Of a stretch of DNA of 64,000 nt, positions 63,860 through 64,000 are shown piece after piece. The DNA lies in contig DITU01000007.1 of the NCBI GenBank assembly GCA_002422905.1, positions 16,076-80,075 of the forward strand, read 5' to 3'. This DNA comes from Verrucomicrobia bacterium UBA6176 (lineage in GTDB: Bacteria > Verrucomicrobiota > Verrucomicrobiia > Limisphaerales > UBA9464). Made by a program: the position numbers and the translations under genes. The notes beneath the pieces are model-generated. The model was not told the origin of the DNA. It searched no databases and worked only from the letters and a program-made list of their open reading frames with translations. Within the stretch, counting starts at the first letter, position 1, and each line of letters starts with the position of its first letter.

Positions 63860-64000
63860 GGATGAAGAGGGGGTGTGAGGAGACGGACTGCGATTGGGGA
63901 ATGGCATTGTGACGGGTGCAATGCGAACGGCCTGCGCCTGAATCCCACTGACACCCGACCCCCACTGAAACCATACCCTCCTGCCATTATGCACGCCGTG

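Noticed and set aside
1-64000. tRNA, rRNA, tmRNA or RNase P genes, prophage genes, or known defence genes (RM, CRISPR-Cas, retron, toxin-antitoxin pairs).
   Set aside because: No T-loop-like GGTTCGAATCC in intergenic DNA. No ribosomal-RNA-like stretches. No capsid, terminase or integrase genes apart from the short transposase scar. No reverse transcriptase, nuclease or ATPase defence signatures in the translations.

Overview
This is a high-GC window (about 65% GC in 60-nt lines I counted by hand). All function calls come from motifs I read in the translations; no database search was possible. The gene content suggests a PVC-superphylum bacterium, most likely Verrucomicrobiota (inference). The pointers are alternative complex III, PEP-CTERM proteins, giant FG-GAP/ASPIC-UnbV proteins and mosaic short intergenic repeats.

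Layout, left to right:
- Housekeeping genes: a partial Tat-signal alkaline phosphatase that is missing from the ORF track, then pyk and dacB.
- A 12-gene minus-strand respiratory operon (5281-16743): actABCDEF, a small unknown membrane gene, ccoS, ccoN, ccoO and a monoheme cytochrome c.
- thyA, a Gfo/Idh/MocA oxidoreductase, and a STAS / GT4 / O-antigen-ligase-like / MBL-fold cluster.
- A three-gene secreted-protein operon (PEP-CTERM protein, secreted protein, 548-aa coiled-coil protein).
- A 1265-aa TIM-barrel + LamG + beta-propeller fusion, an ArfB-like GGQ protein, a DMT transporter, an RDD protein and a LysM protein.
- A low-GC islet (about 36.5-39.4 kb, roughly 47-53% GC in sampled lines). 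It has a transposase scar at its edge and small lipoprotein, unknown and PEP-CTERM genes. It also holds a duplicated 369-bp non-coding element with a conserved nested hairpin.
- An operon of a beta-barrel outer-membrane protein, a secreted protein and a 2462-aa Sec-signal Rhs/YD toxin. No T6SS parts and no immunity gene are visible.
- thiD, infA, three paralogous ~1200-aa FG-GAP/ASPIC-UnbV genes, a decayed radical-SAM DNA-repair pseudogene and a DUF2256 gene.

I found no tRNA, rRNA, CRISPR array, prophage or recognisable defence genes. Nearly every long intergenic spacer is filled with a shared vocabulary of short repeat modules.

Most worth following up: the duplicated structured element with its flanking motif, the T6SS-independent Rhs operon with a glycine-zipper C-terminal domain, the fused ACIII-cbb3 operon, and the repeat system.

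Many long ORFs in the track are antisense or out-of-frame artefacts of the high GC content.
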